Origin: Longimicrobiales bacterium
Lineage (GTDB): Bacteria; Gemmatimonadota; Gemmatimonadetes; Longimicrobiales; Gaopeijiaceae
Direction of reading: 5' to 3'
Length of the DNA stretch: 64,000 bases
NCBI GenBank assembly: GCA_963422615.1
Contig: OY730414.1
Location: 2,092,302-2,156,301 of the forward strand
Position 1 is the first letter of the stretch. Each line of letters begins with the position of its first letter. The translations under genes and the position numbers were made by a program. Below, piece by piece: positions 58,820 through 64,000 of the stretch. The notes under the pieces were generated by a model. The model was not told where the DNA came from, searched no databases, and saw only the letters and a list, made by a program, of their open reading frames with translations.

Positions 58820-61800
58820 TCACGCCCCGGGCTGGCCGAATATCTCGGGGTACCGAGCCGTCTGTTTCGGGATGGACTCGTCGTAGCGGATCACGACGAC
58901 GCGGTATCCCAGGCCGATGAGATCTCTGCGGACCTGGCGGTCCTTCTCCGCCTGACGCGGTTCGTCATGGACGGAGCCGTCACAAAAGACGCAAACGTTC
59001 GGTTTGTAGAAGAAATCCGGGATGCAGCGCGCGTCCCGGATCGGCCGTTGGGCATGGTCCGGCAGTTTGAGGTGGTTGTCGGCCAGAACGGCCAGAAAGC
59101 GCCGTTCCAACGGCGACCGGGAATCGGTCAGGGAATGCAACCGGGCCAGATGCTCCTCTTGCCCGCGGCCGCCGACGCGGGGCTTCACCTTGCTGGTTGC
59201 CAAGCGCAACAAGAGGTCCCGAATGCGATGTCGATCCAGATCAAGGGCTTCGAACTGATTGCCGAAGCTCATCAGGCACTCGTAGCACGCCGCCTGGCAC
59301 CGGGGGTGCAGGTCATTACCCTCCCCATCAAAGTGGCAAAGGTAGAGGGCCCGGCGAGCGACCCGGGCAACCGCATCCGGTTCCTCCACCAGCCGTCGAA
59401 GCGCGCCAGCACCTCCCTCTGCGGTTTCATACAGGAGCAGTGCGCGAAATCTGTCCTTCCCGATGCGCTGCGCCCGCAGTTCGGACTCCTCAAGCTCGAA
59501 TTCCTGCTCGCACCCCCGCTGAATGGCATACTGTAGGGACACCTGAAGCTCGGTGTCCGACTGCAAGCCGGAATCCTGGAATCGGACAAGCAGAAGATTG
59601 TGCGTCGCTTCCACGGCCAGCTTGATTCGGGCCACTTTCTGCGGTGACGCCTGATCAAGACTCTTGGCCTTCCCATCGGAAACGAGTGCGCCCGATTCCA
59701 TGTCCACGAGGAAACCGTCGTGGCTCCCCCCCCGCCAGCCGTGATTGAGCCGGAGCAAGGACGCCGAAGGAGCGTAGATCACGCGCAGAAGGCAGGAATG
59801 TCCCGACACTACGTCTGCTTCCCGCTTTCGGTTCTGCGCCGAAGCCTGGGCAAACCGGAAACAGGTCTCCACATCATATCCGCGCCGTTTCCGCTCCTCC
59901 TCATCGCAGGTAATGCGTTCCCGGCGCCGTACGCCGACGTTCGGCATGTCGAGAGAATGGGCAACATGACTGTTTTCCCCATCGAAACGGACCCGGCAAA
60001 CAGGGCAAACATCCAGATCGCCGTCACAAAAGGCGCCGCAAGAACGGCACAGCCTCCGTTCCTTGCGACGCTCGGCCAGCCCACCGGTGGGCATCTGAAG
60101 ACGGATCACCTCCCACTTGGCGCCTTCGTGGTAGACGACGTTGTTGGGCCCGAACTCTCGCAACGCAAGAAAACGCGGACGGGAAACGAACTCCCCGCCC
60201 TCACCGCGGGGAATCCAGGCGCGAACCGGCAGGGCCGGAAAGTTGTAGCCGGGCAGAAATCCTTCGCTGGCAAGGTAACGGTACGGATAGAAGTCACTCT
60301 CTTCTCGATTCACATGGATTTGCAAGAGAAGGTTGCGCTGGCGAATCGCCTCCTTCTGTCGTCTTTCTGCAGACTTCTGATCTTTGGAATTCCGTGCCCG
60401 CAAAAGGTCGTTCTGGGCGGCCGCCAGTTGCCGCATCGCCGAACCGTAAAGTTCTCTCCAACGCTTGAAAGCTCGGTCGAAGCACATCGGCGCTTCCTCC
60501 AGAACCCGGTCGATCCACTCGTCCAGTTTCCAGCCTTCTTCTTCAAGCCGCTTCACGTCGGACGCAAGTATTGTATGGACCCTTGTCGCGACCCGGCCTC
60601 TCCTCCCCGGATCCAGGCGTATCTGGCGGGCGGCATTCGGGTTCAGCTCCAAGTCTCCCGAATCGATGTCGATGACTTCGGAGATGGCGTTGCCAAGGGG
60701 AAGGCGAACCGCAGCCAGCCAGACGGCGTGCACATGGGCGCGAAGCAGCCCTTCGTTGGTAAGGTCCAGTCGGGGCGGACGAACAGCACCCGCCACCATG
60801 GCTTCCCTGTTGCGAAAGTAGTACCGGTCGTGGTTTCTCACCGCCCCGCAGTACGTCACAATCAATCCCGGCTGGCCCTGGCGTCCCGCGCGCCCGCTTC
60901 GCTGCGCATAGTTGGAGGGCGTGGGCGGGGCGTTGCGCATATGCACAACGTCCAGGTCGGCGATGTCGATCCCGAGCTCCATCGTCGGGGAGCACACCAT
61001 GTAAGGCAAACGCCGTCCCAGATCCGCTTCCTTGTGCGTATCGACAGTCTCCCATCGGAAGCGGCGCTCCCGGCGCTCCCGCTCCCCGGACTCAACCACC
61101 TGGGCCGTGTGTTCCCGGGCCTCGAAGCCGGCGAGATCACCTCCAGCATTCTGGTAGAAACCCTTGAAGTACGGATTCGTCTGCGGGGTCGAGGCAACGT
61201 AGCCTCCCTCCTCGGATCGGCGAGCGTAGAACGGATCGGGCGAAGGGGGCGTGCCGTCGCCCTGTCGCCATCTCAGGCACGACGCATCCAGCTGAACCGT
61301 CTCCCGGCCCCAATGAACTTCGCAGGACACGAATCCATGCCCGGTGAGCAGGGCCAGAAATCCGCCCAGGAACGGCTCGTACTCGTGGGCCGAAAGATCA
61401 AAACGTCGAGCCAAAAACCGGCCGATGGCGCTTCGGCTCCCGAGGCTGGGGAAGGAGGGGAACGGCTTGGACGGACCGGGACGTGCAAAGCGGGTTGCCG
61501 GCTGAAGCTCGTTGACCTCCGGGTCCAGACCCCAGAATTCGTTCAGATGCTGTTCGGCCCGGCGGCGGATCTGCTGCTGCCTCGTTTCCTGCAAACAAGG
61601 CACCGAAATCGCGAACTTGCGCCGAAGCTGGTTGAGCACCGCCTGGGTCGCTTCCCTTCGCTCACCCGGGATGCGGGCCATCGCCTTCGGATGGAACCCC
61701 CAGTGCACGTCCTCTGCGACGAGCGCTTCCAAACCCCTGTAGTCGATGCGAAGCAAGCCGACATCCTCGAGATTGGGATGCACGACCCGCCACCCCCGAC

Positions 61801-63919
61801 GCAGGTCGTCGTAGATGCGGTACTCGGTCACCTCCTCAAAGGTGCGCCACACGTCCTGGGCCGCCTTCGAACGAGGATCAATCCCGGGGGTGCGGGCGAT
61901 GTCCCGGAGTGCCAGGCCACAGGCCTGGATCACCTCGCCGGCGACCTGATCGAAACGAAGGACAGGTTGGCGCTTCAGCGCCGTATACAGGGCAGAACGA
62001 AGGAGGCCGACATGGACAAAATCGTTGAAGTGCCCCGCCTGCAGTGACGCGTCCTGGCGGTTGTCGGTAAAGGTAAGAAGCTTGTCCCGGGGTGCGCCCT
62101 GGGCGCCAGCGTGCCGGAGCACCGAAGTTGCCAAGACCGTGGTTGCACTGCTTCGGCCTTCGTTGGACAGAGAAGCGAGCTTTCGGAAGTCACGGGCACG
62201 GGCATCGTAGAACTCCCCGCAGCGGAGGCAGATGTACAGGGTCTTGGCTTGCCACCACGCCTTGATCGACCCGCTTCTCTCCGAGCCGTACACTCCTTTC
62301 TTGCTCACCGACACGGGTTTGGGCACCCGGTCCCGCCACTGGGGCTTGATCCGACCCTGGGCGTCCAGCCACTCCGCCGGAAGTTGACTCGGGTTCCAGT
62401 CTTGCGCGCTGGCCAACATCAGATAGCCCGGCTGTTGGCCGTCCTGGACCAGCATTCCGCTTACCGGATGGGGCTTGAACCGATCCTCGCCTCGCAACAA
62501 GTGGTAGTAGTCCTGGCCGCAGTGTCGACAAAACCGAATAGGCGCGAACAAACGCCCGCCGCTTGCAAATACCTGGCCGTCCAGGGAAAAAGCCCGGCGG
62601 TCCGGGGGTTCCAGAGTCGAAAAGAGCACACCGCCCTGTCCAACGAATTGGTGCAGCTTGAAGGCAAAGGGGGCGGTCCCGGAATTCCCGTTGCCGACGC
62701 CGTCCGGATTCAGCAGCCCACGCAGATACTCATCGCAGGCCTCCTGGGCGACGCCCGTTGCGCGCGCCAGTTCCTGGGCAGCCTCCCCCAGGGTTCGGGG
62801 TGTCCGGCGCTTCCAGCCTCCGTTCTCCCGCTCAATGCCGAAGTGCCTTTCCATCCAGCGGGCAACCGGATGGCGGGCAGGACGATCGGAGCGAGGAGGG
62901 AATCGAACCGGGCTGGGGGAGTCGTCCATCCTTTGCGCCAACGGTGCCGCCAACGCCGCCGTGAGCTCCTGCCGTGAAGGCGCTGCGCCTTCGGTCGTCG
63001 GCTGCAGGGTCTCTTCAATTACTTGCTCGGCGTCAAGGGTTCGGCCGAACAAGCGAGACGAAAACTCCGCGACCGCCCGCCTTCGTTGCGCCGGCAAAGC
63101 CGTACCGCTGGAAATCATTGTGGCGCTTGTACCGACCTGGATCAAATCTTCTCCGGCACAGCGTTCCTTGAGACGGCGGATCAGCATCGCCACATCCGCA
63201 CCCTGCCGCCCGCGATAGGTGTGCATCTCATCGAAAACAAGGAATCGAAGTCTTCCCCGGGCGCTGTCCAGCGCCGCCTGATCGTCGGGCCGGACCAGCA
63301 TCAGCTCGGCCATGACGTAGTTGGTGAGCAGGATATGCGGGGGTGACTTGCGAAGGCCGTCCCGCTCTTCCCCCCGGGTTGCCCCCGTGTACCTTGCAAA
63401 CGATACCGGAAAGGGTTCGCCCGTGCCCTCCTCGTAGCCCTTCTTGTAGTTCTCCAGGGCCTGGTACTGGGAGTTGACCAGGGCGTTCATGGGATAGACC
63501 ACCAGGGCGGTCATCGAGGCGTCCTTGTCCGGCCGGCGGACAACGGAATCGATGATGGGGAGAAAGTAGGTCAGGCTCTTTCCCGACCCCGTGCCGCTGG
63601 TGACAACAAAACTACGTCCTTGCGCGGCCAGGCGGACCGCCTCTTCTTGATGCGCATACAAGTGAACCGCCTCCCCGCTCTCGGTGCGGAAGATCCTGGC
63701 CGTCTTGTCCTGGATCACCCCTTGACGGGCCAGGTCGTCGACGGTGTTCCCGCGAACGTACGAGGGGCTGATCTGCAAAAGCGGATCCGGCCAAAGGTGC
63801 CCCGCTTCCAACGCCTGGTCCACGTACTCTCGAGCTCGGTCGTCCGCGATTTCGATGAAGGATGTGATGAAGTCGCGATAGTCCCCGACGACCGATTTGT
63901 ACAGTTCGAAGACGCTCAC
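58820..63919 (-). CDS. Large SF2 DEAD/DEAH helicase with DUF1998 (YprA/Hrq-like) and C-terminal Vsr/DUF559-like nuclease
   Basis: TSGTGSGKS, YPMNAL, FDEMHTYRG, TSAT, PTMELGIDI, QRSGRAGR; several CxxC pairs; CQAACYECL; PDFFY...FCDGSVHD...GYRVVVIRY. Confidence 0.9.
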   Translation of the reverse strand: MSVFELYKSVVGDYRDFITSFIEIADDRAREYVDQALEAGHLWPDPLLQISPSYVRGNTVDDLARQGVIQDKTARIFRTESGEAVHLYAHQEEAVRLAAQGRSFVVTSGTGSGKSLTYFLPIIDSVVRRPDKDASMTALVVYPMNALVNSQYQALENYKKGYEEGTGEPFPVSFARYTGATRGEERDGLRKSPPHILLTNYVMAELMLVRPDDQAALDSARGRLRFLVFDEMHTYRGRQGADVAMLIRRLKERCAGEDLIQVGTSATMISSGTALPAQRRRAVAEFSSRLFGRTLDAEQVIEETLQPTTEGAAPSRQELTAALAAPLAQRMDDSPSPVRFPPRSDRPARHPVARWMERHFGIERENGGWKRRTPRTLGEAAQELARATGVAQEACDEYLRGLLNPDGVGNGNSGTAPFAFKLHQFVGQGGVLFSTLEPPDRRAFSLDGQVFASGGRLFAPIRFCRHCGQDYYHLLRGEDRFKPHPVSGMLVQDGQQPGYLMLASAQDWNPSQLPAEWLDAQGRIKPQWRDRVPKPVSVSKKGVYGSERSGSIKAWWQAKTLYICLRCGEFYDARARDFRKLASLSNEGRSSATTVLATSVLRHAGAQGAPRDKLLTFTDNRQDASLQAGHFNDFVHVGLLRSALYTALKRQPVLRFDQVAGEVIQACGLALRDIARTPGIDPRSKAAQDVWRTFEEVTEYRIYDDLRRGWRVVHPNLEDVGLLRIDYRGLEALVAEDVHWGFHPKAMARIPGERREATQAVLNQLRRKFAISVPCLQETRQQQIRRRAEQHLNEFWGLDPEVNELQPATRFARPGPSKPFPSFPSLGSRSAIGRFLARRFDLSAHEYEPFLGGFLALLTGHGFVSCEVHWGRETVQLDASCLRWRQGDGTPPSPDPFYARRSEEGGYVASTPQTNPYFKGFYQNAGGDLAGFEAREHTAQVVESGERERRERRFRWETVDTHKEADLGRRLPYMVCSPTMELGIDIADLDVVHMRNAPPTPSNYAQRSGRAGRQGQPGLIVTYCGAVRNHDRYYFRNREAMVAGAVRPPRLDLTNEGLLRAHVHAVWLAAVRLPLGNAISEVIDIDSGDLELNPNAARQIRLDPGRRGRVATRVHTILASDVKRLEEEGWKLDEWIDRVLEEAPMCFDRAFKRWRELYGSAMRQLAAAQNDLLRARNSKDQKSAERRQKEAIRQRNLLLQIHVNREESDFYPYRYLASEGFLPGYNFPALPVRAWIPRGEGGEFVSRPRFLALREFGPNNVVYHEGAKWEVIRLQMPTGGLAERRKERRLCRSCGAFCDGDLDVCPVCRVRFDGENSHVAHSLDMPNVGVRRRERITCDEEERKRRGYDVETCFRFAQASAQNRKREADVVSGHSCLLRVIYAPSASLLRLNHGWRGGSHDGFLVDMESGALVSDGKAKSLDQASPQKVARIKLAVEATHNLLLVRFQDSGLQSDTELQVSLQYAIQRGCEQEFELEESELRAQRIGKDRFRALLLYETAEGGAGALRRLVEEPDAVARVARRALYLCHFDGEGNDLHPRCQAACYECLMSFGNQFEALDLDRHRIRDLLLRLATSKVKPRVGGRGQEEHLARLHSLTDSRSPLERRFLAVLADNHLKLPDHAQRPIRDARCIPDFFYKPNVCVFCDGSVHDEPRQAEKDRQVRRDLIGLGYRVVVIRYDESIPKQTARYPEIFGQPGA

Positions 63920-64000
63920 TTACGAAGACCGTACCGAATTGCTCACCAAGTTCGGCACCTTGCCGCTGGCCATCTGGTCGAATGCATCAAGGACGTAGCG
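63920..64000 (-). CDS. Partial: C-terminal 26 aa of the upstream gene, possibly an Eco57I/type IIG-like DNA methyltransferase
   Basis: RYVLDAFDQMASGKVPNLVSNSVRSS*; TAA abuts the helicase GTG. Resembles the (EYRT)xRxVLxAxD tail I recall from such methylases. Confidence 0.4.
   Translation of the reverse strand, partial: RYVLDAFDQMASGKVPNLVSNSVRSS

Noticed and set aside
59720..62047. 775-aa plus-strand ORF
   Set aside because: Antisense shadow of the helicase with no motifs; expected in high-GC DNA.

Overview
High-GC bacterial chromosome segment. Gene repertoire and style suggest a Gemmatimonadota (Longimicrobiales-like) genome, plausibly a marine or sponge-associated MAG; this taxonomy is inference only. 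The backbone is housekeeping: thrC, priA, carB, nth, glyQS, nfuA, pyrC, gpmI, an NSS transporter and a TRAP transporter. It also has a TonB-dependent receptor and two convergent ECF-sigma operons, one driving a TolC/MacAB-type exporter. Accessory modules are: (i) an intact four-gene nurA-herA-sbcD(mre11)-sbcC(rad50) operon; (ii) a secreted Cys-rich CxxCH-containing small protein coupled to two paralogous beta-propeller proteins, lying between an NSS transporter and its likely small subunit; (iii) an Ig-like + plant-type LRR + zincin lipoprotein next to a truncated paralog; (iv) the 3' end of a probable defence locus, a 1699-aa DUF1998 helicase-nuclease downstream of a probable methyltransferase; (v) lower-GC patches with eroded, internally deleted pseudogenes (BNR/Asp-box protein, TylF-like O-methyltransferase, DUF932-like) that the ORF track misses or fragments. 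I found no rRNA, tRNA, CRISPR array or transposase/integrase. All family calls are motif-based recognition, not database searches.
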